Shown here piece by piece: positions 17,781-27,260 of a DNA stretch of 64,000 nucleotides. The translations under genes and the position numbers were made by a program. Within the stretch, counting starts at the first letter, position 1. Every line of letters begins with the position of its first letter. The DNA lies in contig JAJDCO010000053.1 of the NCBI GenBank assembly GCA_029260795.1, positions 68,414 to 132,413 of the forward strand, written 5' to 3'. The stretch is from Planctomycetota bacterium (GTDB taxonomy: Bacteria; Planctomycetota; OFTM77). The notes beneath the pieces were generated by a model. It was not told where the DNA came from. It saw only the letters and a program-made list of their open reading frames with translations, and searched no databases.

Positions 17781-20700
17781 TCGTCCACCTTCGTCACACC
17801 GATCGACAGTGTTCCGCTACTGAGCTTTCCTTCGCACGCGTGCGCCGCGTCGTCGACGGAGCCGAGCACGAGCTCGCTCCCCAGCGTTTGATCGAGGATG
17901 AACTCTCGCCACTCTTCGATCGCGGACTGCGCCTCGGCGGGAGCCTTCAAGTGCAGGCGGATGCGATCCGAGACATGCAGATCGGCGTCGCGGCGAGCGT
18001 TCTGGATCAAGCGCACGACGTCGCGGGCGACGCCTTCGCGCTCGAGCTCGGGGGTCATCGCGACATCGAGGGCGACGACGCCGTCGTTGGTGGGCAGGGA
18101 CGCGATCGCGAGATCCTCGAGGCCCTCTCTGGGCTGGAGCCGCAACGTGTACTCATCCTCTTGCAGCGCGTGGCCGGCCACCTCGATCTGGCCGTCAGCA
18201 TTCTGCGACCACTCGCCTTTCTTCGAGGCGACGATGACCTTCTTCATCTCCTGGCCCAGGCGCGGGCCGAGCGCCCGAGCGTTGACGGCGAGCACGAAGC
18301 TGCCGAGCGACTCGAGGTCCTCCGAGACGCGCACGTCCTTGATGTTGACCTCGTCGCGGACCAGGTCGAAGTACGGCTGGAGTCGCGCCGCACCACTTCC
18401 GGCGACCGTCAGCGAGGCAAGCGGCAAGCGCACGCGCAGGTTCTTCTCGCTGCGCAGACCGAGCGCCGTCGAGCACACGTCGCGGATGCGGTCCATGTCC
18501 TGGACCAGCTCGGGATTCGACGGCAGCTCGCTCGCCTCCGGCCACGAGGTGAGATGCACGCTGCGCTCACCGGTCAGGCCGCGATAGACCTCCTCGGTGA
18601 TGAGCGGCAGCAGCGGCGCCGCCACGCGGCAGAGCACGTGCAGCGCCGTGAAGAGCGTGTCGTAGGCGTCCTGCTTGTCCTGGTTCTTCTCGGGGCTCCA
18701 AAAGCGCGGCCGCGAGCGACGGATGTACCAGTTGTTCAGCGCGTCGAGGTAGCTGCGCACGATCTGGCAGGCCTCGGAGAGCTCGTAACGATCCAGCGCC
18801 GAGCCGGTCTGCTCGACCAGATCGCGCGTCTTGGCGAGGACGTAGCGATCGAGCTGCCCGGTCTGATCGGTTCGGAAGCTCGCCTCGACGCCGTCGGTGT
18901 TCGCGTACAGGCTGAAGAAGTACCAGGCGTTCCAGATCGGATTGATGATCAAGCGCACGACCTCGCCGATCGCCTTGCCCTCACGGTCGATGGCGAGGTC
19001 GTTGCCGCGCAGGATGGGCGAGGAGACGAGGAACCAGCGGAGCGCATCGGAGCCGATGGTCGAGAAGACCTCGTCGGGGCTCGGATAGTTGCGCAGGCGC
19101 TTGGAGAGCTTCTTGCCGTCCTCGTCGACGACGACGCCGTGGCAGATGCAGTTGCGGAAGGGCGGGCGATCGAAGAGCGCCGTGCCGAGCACCATGAGCG
19201 TGTAGAACCAGCCGCGCGTCTGTGCGACGTACTCGACGATGAAGTCGGCCGGGAAGTGGCCTTCGAACCACTCCTTGTTCTCGAACGGGTAGTGCACCTG
19301 CGCATACGGCATCGAGCCCGACTCGAACCAGCAGTCGAGCACCTCGGGGATGCGGCGCATCGTGCTCTTGCCGGTCGGGTCGTCGGGATTGGGACGCGTG
19401 AGCTGATCGATGAACGGCCGGTGCAGGTCGGTCGGGCGCACGCCGAAGTCGCGCTCGAGCTCGTCGAGGCTGCCGTAGACGTCGATGCGGGGATAGTTCG
19501 GGTCGTCGCTCTTCCAGACCGGGATCGGTGAGCCCCAGAATCGGTTGCGACTGATCGACCAATCGCGGGCGCCCTCGAGCCACTTGCCGAACTGACCGTC
19601 CTTGATGTGCTCGGGGATCCAGTTGATCTGCTGGTTGAGCTCGACCATGCGATCGCGGATCGCCGTCACCTGGACGTACCATGAGCTGAGCGCCTTGTAG
19701 ATCAGCGGCTCGTCCGTGCGCCAGCAATGCGGGTAGTTGTGGACGTAGGTCTCGTGCTTGACGAGGCGGCCTTCGTCCTTGAGGCGCCGGATGATCGGCT
19801 TGTTGGCGTCGAAGACCTGCAGACCGACGTAGTCCGTGATCTCGGCCGTGTACTTGCCGGAGTCGTCGACCGGGCACACGACCTCGATGCCGTTCTCGGC
19901 GCACACGACCTGGTCGTCCTCGCCGAAGCCCGGCGCCATGTGCACGACGCCCGTGCCTTCCTCGGTGTCGACGAACTCGGCGCCCAGCACACGGAAGGCG
20001 TTCGGCTGCTCCTTGAAGTAGGGGAAGAGCGGCTCGTAGGTGCGGCCGACGAGCTCTTGGCCCCGGATCGTGCCGACCTCGCGCGCGCCCTCGAGGAAGT
20101 CCGCGTACTTCTCGGTCACTTGCGCGCCGACGACGTACCGCGTGCCGTCCTTCTCGAACACGGCGTACTCGATCTCGGGACCGACCGCGAGCGCCAGGTT
20201 GGAGGGCAGTGTCCAGGGCGTGGTCGTCCAGACCAGGATGTCCATCGGGCCGTCGTCGCCGCTGGCGGCGGTCAAGCGGAAGAGCACGGTGACCGCCGGG
20301 TCTTGGCGTGGGCGGTAGGAGTTGTCGAGGCGCGTCTCGAAGTTGGAGACCGGTGTCTCGGCCGCCCACGAGTACGGCATGACGCGGTAGCCTTCGTAGA
20401 CGAGCCCCTTGCGGTAGAGCTCGGCGAAGGCCCACATCACGCTCTCCATGTAGGAGAGGTCCATTGTCTTGTAGTCGTTCGTGAAGTCGACCCAGCGCGC
20501 TTGGCGATGAACGAACCGCTCCCACTCGCCGGTGTAGCGGAGCACCGCTTCGCGGCATTGCGCGTTGAAGGGCTCGATGCCGAACTCGAGGATCTTTTGA
20601 CGGCCCGAGATGCCGAGCTTCTTCTCGATCTCCATCTCGGCCGGCAAGCCGTGGCAGTCCCAGCCGAAGCGTCGTTCGACGCGCTGACCCTTCATGGTCT

Positions 20701-20938
20701 GGTAGCGCGGCACCACGTCCTTCACGTAGCCCGTGAGGAGATGCCCGTAGTGGGGCAGCCCGTTGGCGAAGGGCGGTCCATCGTAGAAGACGTACTCGCT
20801 CGACTCCGGCCGACTCGTCACCGACTCCCGGAAGATGCCTTCGCCGTCCCAGTAGGCGAGGATCGCCTCTTCGATCTTCGGGAAGCTGGGCTTGGGATCG
20901 ACGATGGGATAGGGACGGGCAGTCGGTGTCTTGGACAT
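17777..20938 (-). CDS. ileS: isoleucine--tRNA ligase, type 2 (eukaryote-like) form
   Basis: HIGH region PPFANGLPHYGHLL and KMSKS region KLSKRLRNYP. It is ~1053 aa from the ATG at 20938 (MSKTPTARPYPIV). The first 35 aa of the track ORF look like non-coding extension. Confidence 0.95.
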   Translation of the reverse strand: MSKTPTARPYPIVDPKPSFPKIEEAILAYWDGEGIFRESVTSRPESSEYVFYDGPPFANGLPHYGHLLTGYVKDVVPRYQTMKGQRVERRFGWDCHGLPAEMEIEKKLGISGRQKILEFGIEPFNAQCREAVLRYTGEWERFVHRQARWVDFTNDYKTMDLSYMESVMWAFAELYRKGLVYEGYRVMPYSWAAETPVSNFETRLDNSYRPRQDPAVTVLFRLTAASGDDGPMDILVWTTTPWTLPSNLALAVGPEIEYAVFEKDGTRYVVGAQVTEKYADFLEGAREVGTIRGQELVGRTYEPLFPYFKEQPNAFRVLGAEFVDTEEGTGVVHMAPGFGEDDQVVCAENGIEVVCPVDDSGKYTAEITDYVGLQVFDANKPIIRRLKDEGRLVKHETYVHNYPHCWRTDEPLIYKALSSWYVQVTAIRDRMVELNQQINWIPEHIKDGQFGKWLEGARDWSISRNRFWGSPIPVWKSDDPNYPRIDVYGSLDELERDFGVRPTDLHRPFIDQLTRPNPDDPTGKSTMRRIPEVLDCWFESGSMPYAQVHYPFENKEWFEGHFPADFIVEYVAQTRGWFYTLMVLGTALFDRPPFRNCICHGVVVDEDGKKLSKRLRNYPSPDEVFSTIGSDALRWFLVSSPILRGNDLAIDREGKAIGEVVRLIINPIWNAWYFFSLYANTDGVEASFRTDQTGQLDRYVLAKTRDLVEQTGSALDRYELSEACQIVRSYLDALNNWYIRRSRPRFWSPEKNQDKQDAYDTLFTALHVLCRVAAPLLPLITEEVYRGLTGERSVHLTSWPEASELPSNPELVQDMDRIRDVCSTALGLRSEKNLRVRLPLASLTVAGSGAARLQPYFDLVRDEVNIKDVRVSEDLESLGSFVLAVNARALGPRLGQEMKKVIVASKKGEWSQNADGQIEVAGHALQEDEYTLRLQPREGLEDLAIASLPTNDGVVALDVAMTPELEREGVARDVVRLIQNARRDADLHVSDRIRLHLKAPAEAQSAIEEWREFILDQTLGSELVLGSVDDAAHACEGKLSSGTLSIGVTKVDD

Positions 20939-21318
20939 CGTTCTCGTGGTTCTGGCGCTCGAGGAATCCGGGCCCCAGCGTCGCGCGGCCGTCGCGCCCT
21001 CCCCCGGCCCGGGAGAAGCCGAATATCGTAAGTAATCGGTCAAGAGGAAGAAAGAACTCAGGAGGGCGGGTCGGATCGCGAATGTCGGATCGCGGTTTCC
21101 TCCGGCTTTCTGAGTGGGACGGTGATCGTCCCCTGGGAGCGCTGGACGGCCTGCGTGAAGGACGCGGCCTTCGCCGACTTCGATGCGTTCACGGCCCAGG
21201 TGAACGTCGGGATCCTCCGGAACGCCGGGCTCGGGGACCCGGCGGGTCTATTGGAAGGCGCAGGCATCTCGAAAGTGGCGAGTCGAAGGAGGGAGTCCTC
21301 GGCCGTCTCGAACCTGCT

Positions 21319-22995
21319 CTATCGGCGCCGGACAGGCACGTCCCGGATGGACATCCTGGATCCGACCCACTCGGCCTCCTCCATGAGATGCCCGAAGTGG
21401 GGCGACTGGAGATCCTCCAGGGGCCGGCCGTGTCCATCCTCCGTCCAACTCTTGGCGTCGACGAGGAAGCGGAAGGCACGGCGATAGATCAACCGCGCGC
21501 GCACGTGGAGCGTCCCGCCTCCCTTCGGGGTCTTGAAGCGGTAGTGCGTCGTGTCTGTCTTCAACGCCGGTATCCGAGTATCGAGCAGCAGCCCACGAGC
21601 TTCCGTGAAGAAGACCGGCCCCTGGCCGTCGGGCCCGTGGTTGACCTTGGCGTACAGCTTCCCCGGCAGGCCCGCCCAGTAACCTTGTTCGCGCGGGCCC
21701 ACGCCGCCGAGCTTGTGGATGATCTGCGTCGAAACGGGCTCGAGGTGTCGACCGTCCTCCTCTCGCCAAGCCTCAATGAGGAGGATCATGTTGCGAATGG
21801 TGACGCCGGTCGGGACGTGATGACCGGTGCGGTCATTCGTGATGGAGACGTCGGCGTGTAGGCGATCGGCCTTGATGACGCAGCTCAGGCGCAAAGTGAC
21901 GGCATTCTCGAGGAACTCGGGGGTGGTGCCTTCGAGACGATGGGAGCGAATCGTGGCCGGGTCGCGTCGCAGCGGAGGGAAGAGGACGTTGCAGACCTGC
22001 TCCCCGCCGAAGGAGGGCATGTGGCAATTCACGCAAGGGGAGTAGCGCGGATCCTCGGGATCTCCGTAGGGTGAGGAGCGCCATTCGAGGTACGTCGGCT
22101 CGGACACCACGCCGCCGGGCTCCTCGAAGTCGCCGTCCTCGTCGGGGTCGTTCCGGTCCTGGTGACAAGCAGAGCAGACGTCGGCGGCGAGCTGAGGCTG
22201 GTAGGAGGCTCGCATGAGAGTCGGGAAGCGGTAGGTCGCATCTCCGAGGAGACCGTACTCGACCTGAGGGAAGTCGGGTCCCGCGGGACGCGTCAGCGTA
22301 ACGACGCCCGGGTAGAGACCCGGGTAGTTGGAGCGGCTGACGTCGATGTCGGCGATCTTGTGACAAACCTCGCAGGAGACGCCGTGGACGGCCGCCGGCG
22401 AGAGCGAGTCGATGTCGTCCAGCGCCTGGAAGGGCTCGTGCATCCAAGTCTCAGGCTGATGGCAAGAGGCGCAGTCGGACTCGGGTTGATTCGGGGCGTG
22501 GATCGAGTCGCGGACGTAGACGAAGCCGTTCTGGCCGCCCGGCGTGCCCGTGCCGTCGTAGATGTCGTAGAGCCAGGTGTTGAGGCCCGCCCTCGCCATT
22601 GGGGAGTCGAGCCACTGCTCGAGCTGGTCTGGGTGGCAGCCGCCGCAGGTCCAAGGCTCGAGCGGAGTATAGGTCGGGTCGTCGTGAGCGGGCACTCTCT
22701 CGATCCGAACGATGAGGTCCTCGGCAGGAGTGTCGGTGAGGATCGAGCCGTTGAAGAACCCTTTCCGAGCGGCGACGAGGACGAGGCCGGTGCCCGTGGC
22801 CTCCAGGAGCTCGAAGCGTCCGTGCGCATCCGTGGTCGTGCGAATCGACGACGCTTGAAGCGAGACGATCGCGTCCGCGATCGGTTGAGAAGTCGAAGCG
22901 TCGAGGACGGTGCCTTCGATCTGCGAGAGAGCCACGGAGCCGGTGGCAAAGACGAAAGCGGAGGTGAGGGCCACGTGGATAAGACCGCGAGTCAT
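21319..22995 (-). CDS. secreted pentaheme c-type cytochrome with N-terminal carboxypeptidase-regulatory-like domain
   Basis: 558 aa with a signal peptide (MTRGLIHVALTSAFVFATGSVALS). It has five CXXCH motifs: CGGCH, CASCH, CEVCH, CSACH and CVNCH. The N-terminus GTVLDASTSQPIADAIVSL...TDAHGRFEL resembles a CarboxypepD_reg fold. A GHHVPTG motif lies in the C-terminal half. Confidence 0.85.
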   Translation of the reverse strand: MTRGLIHVALTSAFVFATGSVALSQIEGTVLDASTSQPIADAIVSLQASSIRTTTDAHGRFELLEATGTGLVLVAARKGFFNGSILTDTPAEDLIVRIERVPAHDDPTYTPLEPWTCGGCHPDQLEQWLDSPMARAGLNTWLYDIYDGTGTPGGQNGFVYVRDSIHAPNQPESDCASCHQPETWMHEPFQALDDIDSLSPAAVHGVSCEVCHKIADIDVSRSNYPGLYPGVVTLTRPAGPDFPQVEYGLLGDATYRFPTLMRASYQPQLAADVCSACHQDRNDPDEDGDFEEPGGVVSEPTYLEWRSSPYGDPEDPRYSPCVNCHMPSFGGEQVCNVLFPPLRRDPATIRSHRLEGTTPEFLENAVTLRLSCVIKADRLHADVSITNDRTGHHVPTGVTIRNMILLIEAWREEDGRHLEPVSTQIIHKLGGVGPREQGYWAGLPGKLYAKVNHGPDGQGPVFFTEARGLLLDTRIPALKTDTTHYRFKTPKGGGTLHVRARLIYRRAFRFLVDAKSWTEDGHGRPLEDLQSPHFGHLMEEAEWVGSRMSIRDVPVRRR

Positions 22996-23222
22996 GCTGC
23001 ATCCCGCTTTCTCGGAGAGGACGAGTTCTGTGTGACGATTTGGAGTGAGACTCTACGTACCAAAGTACACTCAATCAAGTGAGTGACCTTCTTGACTATG
23101 TTGAGAGCGAGTGCGAGAGTGCGCGTCGTTTCGGAGGGCCAAGTGTTCTCCGAGACCGGGCGGAGACTGCGAGGGTGTGCCGCCGGAATGATCCGGCGCT
23201 CCCGTGGCCAGGAGGGGCTTCC

Positions 23223-25223
23223 ATGAGACGATTCCGTGTCGTCCTGTTCGTCGTCGCGGTGGGCGGCTTCTTGTCGGTTTCGACCAGGGCCCAAGAGACC
23301 CTCTACCGGCTCAACGCTGGCGGGCCGGCGTTCACCGACGACTTGGGCCACTCCTGGAGAAGTGACGAAGGACTCGCCAACACGGGCAAGTCCATCGCGC
23401 GTCAACGGCTCGGCGGGGGCGCGATCTCCGATCCTCCCTACGACAGTCTGCGCTTCGACTCCGCGCCGGCTCCGGAGCTGAGTTATCGGTTGCCGGTCCC
23501 CGACGGCGTCTACGAAGTACGGCTGCACTTCTGCGAGATCCTGCCTCGCTACGCCGCCGTCGGTGCCCGCGTGTTCGATGTCGACATCGAGGGGCAGAGG
23601 AAGCTCACCGCCTTCGACATCTTCGCGCAGGTGGGGTTTCGGAAGTCCTGCGTCCAATCGCTCACTGGCACTCTCGTCGATGACGGGCTGCTCGAGATCG
23701 ACTTCTATCGCAACGCTGGCGACCCCGCCATCTCGGGCATCGAGGTGATCGCGACTCCACCGCCGATCGACTTCGAGGTGGACGTGCTCACGACGCTGAC
23801 AGGCCCGACGGTGGCCGCGCTTGGACCCGACGGCCGTGTCTACGTGGGAAGCGCGTTCGGCCGCATCGTGGCCTACGAGCTGGACGACGATTTCGGCATC
23901 GTTTCGACTCAGACCATCGGCACCCTCGAGAGTGCCTCGAGCAGCGCAATCCTCGGGCTGGCGATCAGTCCCTTTTCTGATTCCAACCCGGTGCGCCTCT
24001 ACGTCGCTCACAGTCAGCTCTACGCCAACGGTGGAAGCTGCTTCGAGGGGTTTTCACCTTACTCCGGGCGCGTCTCGATCCTCTCCGGTCCGAGCTTCGA
24101 CGTCATCGAGCCCTTGGTGACCGGGCTCCCGGTCTCCAACCAAGACCATGCCGTCAACGGCCTTGCCTTCGACGCGGCCGGTGACCTGATGATCCTCGTG
24201 GGGGGGACGACGAACGGCGGCGTTCTCGATTGCGCGATCGGTGGGCTCCCCGAGTCGCCGCTGTCTGGCTCGCTCGTCAAGGCCGCGATCACCCGTTCGG
24301 GCTTCAATGGCAGCCTCCTCTATCACGAAACCGCCTCGGGGCAACCCAATCAGGATCAGAGTGACGGCGACATCGTCGATTTGGATTCCGGCGTCGACGT
24401 GTCAGTGCATGCGGCCGGCCTTCGAAACCCCTTCGACCTGGTTTGGTCCACCCGCGGGCTGCTCTACGTCACCGACAACGGACCCAATCACGGCTTCGGC
24501 GACCGGTCGACCGGCGCGAGCTCTCAGGAGTCGATGAGCACCGACATTGACGAGCTCGACCTGATCGAGCCGAACGGCTACTACGGCCACGCCAACCGAA
24601 ATCGGGGCCGCTCCGACCCACGGCAGAACGTCCACCACTACACCTGGGAGTGGGCGGTTCCTGGAGTGTTCACGCCGGCCATCACGACCTTTCCGTCATC
24701 GACGAACGGTCTGATCGAGTACCGGGCCGCGACCTTCTTCGGGGCCATGCGAGGAAACCTCCTCGCCCAGCGGTGGAACTCTGAGACCTATCGAATCGAG
24801 CTCTCACCCAGCGGCCAGTCCGTTTCCTCGGTGTCGACCCTGCCGCAGCCGCTTCGGAGCCTCGACCTGATCGCACTTCCAGGAGGGGCTCTCCTCGGAG
24901 TGGACTACTCGGGCGGACGGCTCTGGCTCGCCCGACCCAGGGATCCCGCTCTCGAGGGCTTTGCCGTGCTTGACGTTTTCCCGTGGAGGGCGCCTGCGGG
25001 TGGCGGCAACAGCTTCCAGATCGGAGGAGCCGGATTCGGAGACCTGTCGAACACTCGCGTCCTCATCGACGGGCAGGCGGCGACCTTGACCTCCGTCAGC
25101 TCGACCCGGATCCGGGGGACGGTTCCATCGATCTCACTCGTGCCGGATCGGCTGGTGGACGTGGTGGTCGAGGTGGGGGCGCGAAGCAAGACGTTGCCAA
25201 GCTCGTTCCGGTACCTGGAATGA
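23223..25223 (+). CDS. secreted multidomain protein: malectin-like, sorbosone/glucose dehydrogenase-like beta-propeller, IPT/TIG
   Basis: The ATG at 23223 is preceded by GGAGGGG, and a signal peptide follows (MRRFRVVLFVVAVGGFLSVSTRAQ). The malectin-like start is LYRLNAGGPAFTDDLGHSW. The SGDH-like motifs are GLRNPFDLVW and VTDNGPNHGFGD. The C-terminal IPT-like segment is FQIGGAGFG...TRIRGTVPS. Confidence 0.7.
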   Translation: MRRFRVVLFVVAVGGFLSVSTRAQETLYRLNAGGPAFTDDLGHSWRSDEGLANTGKSIARQRLGGGAISDPPYDSLRFDSAPAPELSYRLPVPDGVYEVRLHFCEILPRYAAVGARVFDVDIEGQRKLTAFDIFAQVGFRKSCVQSLTGTLVDDGLLEIDFYRNAGDPAISGIEVIATPPPIDFEVDVLTTLTGPTVAALGPDGRVYVGSAFGRIVAYELDDDFGIVSTQTIGTLESASSSAILGLAISPFSDSNPVRLYVAHSQLYANGGSCFEGFSPYSGRVSILSGPSFDVIEPLVTGLPVSNQDHAVNGLAFDAAGDLMILVGGTTNGGVLDCAIGGLPESPLSGSLVKAAITRSGFNGSLLYHETASGQPNQDQSDGDIVDLDSGVDVSVHAAGLRNPFDLVWSTRGLLYVTDNGPNHGFGDRSTGASSQESMSTDIDELDLIEPNGYYGHANRNRGRSDPRQNVHHYTWEWAVPGVFTPAITTFPSSTNGLIEYRAATFFGAMRGNLLAQRWNSETYRIELSPSGQSVSSVSTLPQPLRSLDLIALPGGALLGVDYSGGRLWLARPRDPALEGFAVLDVFPWRAPAGGGNSFQIGGAGFGDLSNTRVLIDGQAATLTSVSSTRIRGTVPSISLVPDRLVDVVVEVGARSKTLPSSFRYLE

Positions 25224-25314
25224 CGCCGGGCACGGCCGCGGTTTCCTCTCGTCGAGCTCGTCTCACGGTCGTGTAGCAGCTGCCCGGTGAGGCTTTTGGG
25301 TCACTCGATCGTTC

Positions 25315-25791
25315 TCACCGCCACGCCGCCTGGCTCCGCTTCCAAGCCCATTCGATCGTGCTCGGATCTTTGCCGACGTCGGTGCACAGGTACTTCGGAT
25401 CCGGCCGCACACCGATGCGGCCCAAGTCCAATCGGTCGGCGTCCCAGCAAGTCTGCACGGTCGGATCGGCCTCCGTGCCGCCGCGACTGTGGTCTTGGCA
25501 GGCGACGCGCAGCAGATCGAAGCCGGAATCGTCGAGATGGATGTGCCGTCCCCGCAGCGACTCCGCGAAGCGAGCGGCTCGATCGCCGTGCTCGATGTCG
25601 GTGCCGTCGTCCTTGCGCTGAACGTCGTGGAGGAAGGCGAACAGCTCGACGACCTCGACTCGAGCGCCGGTGTGCTCGGCCAGGCGCAGGCCGTTCAGAC
25701 GAACGCGTGCCCAGTGGGTCGCGCCGTGGATGCCGAGCCAGTCGAGCCGGAACTCGGCACGGAGCAGCTTGGCCAGGGAAACTTCGATCAT
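25315..25791 (-). CDS. HD-superfamily protein (putative phosphohydrolase)
   Basis: H...HD...D pattern: HGATHWARV, FAFLHDVQR, DIEHGDRAA and CWDADRLDLGR. The preferred start is the ATG at 25791 (MIEVSLAKL); an alternative is 25854. Confidence 0.6.
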   Translation of the reverse strand: MIEVSLAKLLRAEFRLDWLGIHGATHWARVRLNGLRLAEHTGARVEVVELFAFLHDVQRKDDGTDIEHGDRAARFAESLRGRHIHLDDSGFDLLRVACQDHSRGGTEADPTVQTCWDADRLDLGRIGVRPDPKYLCTDVGKDPSTIEWAWKRSQAAWR

Positions 25792-25894
25792 CGTCTGCTC
25801 TCCAACCGCCACGTCGTTTCCCTTATCCTGCCATCTCGCGAGCCGCCCTGTCATGCGGCTCGAGCCGCGTGTCCCGACCAGGATGGGAGCCTCG

Positions 25895-26626
25895 ATGTTC
25901 GGTGAGATCCGAAACGCCTCCGGTGAGAAGCTCGACTACTCTTTCCATCCGGGCTCGCAGGGCCGAAAGGACCTCGTCGTCCTCGGACACGGCGTGACCG
26001 CCAACAAGGATCGACCGTTCCTGGTCGCGCTCGCCGAAGGACTCTCAGCCGGCGGGCGACCGGCGCTCCGCTTCTCATTCTCGGGCAACGGGGCGTCAGA
26101 GGGTGACTTCGTCGATTCCTGCATCAGCAAGGAGGTCGACGATCTGGGTGCCGTGCTCGAGGAGTTGAGCGACTATCGGATCGCCTACGCCGGTCACAGC
26201 ATGGGCGGTGCGGTGGGGGTGCTGCGTGCGAGTCGAGACGATCGCATCGGGGCCCTCGTCTCTCTGGCCGGCATGGTACATACTCGCGAGTTCGCTCAGC
26301 GCAAGTTCGGAGAGCAGGAGCCCGGGGCGAGCCTGATGTGGGACAAGCCCGAGTGCCCGCTCTCACAGCAGTTCATGGACGACATGGCGCAGATCGACAC
26401 CGTCGTGACGCTCGGCTGCGAGATCCGAGTGCCGTGGCTGCTCGTGCACGGCACGGCCGACACGGTGGTTCCCATGCAGGACGCCCTCGACATTCAGGAG
26501 GCCGCCGGTGGAAAGCCCGATCTGGTGCGCCTCGAAGGAGCCGATCATGTCTTCACCGGGGGAGCCGCGGGCAAGATGGTGCAAGCCGTGACGCACTGGC
26601 TCGATCGGAATTGGACACCTCGCTGA
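25895..26626 (+). CDS. alpha/beta hydrolase fold protein
   Basis: It has the nucleophile elbow GHSMGG plus a later HGTADTVVP and GADHVF, consistent with a Ser-Asp-His triad. The start is ambiguous (ATG at 25853, 25883 or 25895). The upstream 60 aa of the track ORF overlap the divergent HD gene and look spurious. Confidence 0.8.
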   Translation: MFGEIRNASGEKLDYSFHPGSQGRKDLVVLGHGVTANKDRPFLVALAEGLSAGGRPALRFSFSGNGASEGDFVDSCISKEVDDLGAVLEELSDYRIAYAGHSMGGAVGVLRASRDDRIGALVSLAGMVHTREFAQRKFGEQEPGASLMWDKPECPLSQQFMDDMAQIDTVVTLGCEIRVPWLLVHGTADTVVPMQDALDIQEAAGGKPDLVRLEGADHVFTGGAAGKMVQAVTHWLDRNWTPR

Positions 26627-26851
26627 GAGCTCGAGCGGCAGCTCTTCGTCATCGGCTTGGTACGTGATGCGATGGCTCAGAGGCTGCTGTTGCCAGAGCT
26701 GAAACGTCCGCTCGACGGCTTGCTTCAGCGGCTGCTCGTGGTGGTCAAGGACATCCACCCGATGCTCCCCGCCGGCACGTTCAGCGAGGAGATGAGCAGC
26801 TTCATGCGGAGCAAGCTGGAGAGCCCGGCGTGTGCTGATGCCGACTGCCGG

Positions 26852-27118
26852 TCACCGGTTGAGGATGCGGCGATGGATCTCCTTGGCGGTCAGCTCGCCA
26901 CTCTCCTGCAGGGCGTCTTGAAGCTTTTGGTGAACGGCGAGCTCGGGATAGCCGTAGATCCCGCATCCTCCGATGAACGAGACGATGCCTCGCTTCGACA
27001 GCTCGATCGACATCAGCACCAGGCCTTGGACCATCTCGTCGGTGATGAAGTCACTGTGGGAGTTGTGCTCGACTGACGAGGTCCTCGAGTTCGTGCGACC
27101 AACGGAGGACGCCGACAT
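26852..27118 (-). CDS. small hypothetical protein downstream of meaB
   Basis: Third-position GC is high across ...DFITDEMVQGLVLMSIELSKRGIVSFIGGCGIYGYPELAVHQKLQDALQESGELTAKEIHRRILNR. The start is uncertain: ATG at 27118, or GTG at 27214 as in the track. No family was recognised. Confidence 0.45.
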   Translation of the reverse strand: MSASSVGRTNSRTSSVEHNSHSDFITDEMVQGLVLMSIELSKRGIVSFIGGCGIYGYPELAVHQKLQDALQESGELTAKEIHRRILNR

Positions 27119-27260
27119 CCCCGAGGTCGTGATGGACGTCCCGATTCCCGCTTCTTCAGAATCGGCAGCCTTCCGAGAGCTGACCCGCCCAGGCGGCGGA
27201 GTCTTCGTCACCACGAAAACCTCAACGCCGGCTATCGACCGTCGGGATCGGGTGAGGCGA

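Noticed and set aside
26759-26854. In-frame TGA at 26852-26854. The small ORF downstream of meaB and the ORF 26363-26758 share one frame, suggesting selenocysteine or read-through.
   Set aside because: The post-TGA frame runs antisense through the 3' end of the alpha/beta hydrolase gene, so it is a shadow frame. The translation after the stop is not protein-like. The TGA is not in a redox CxxU-type context. I could not find a convincing SECIS-like hairpin at the expected distance.
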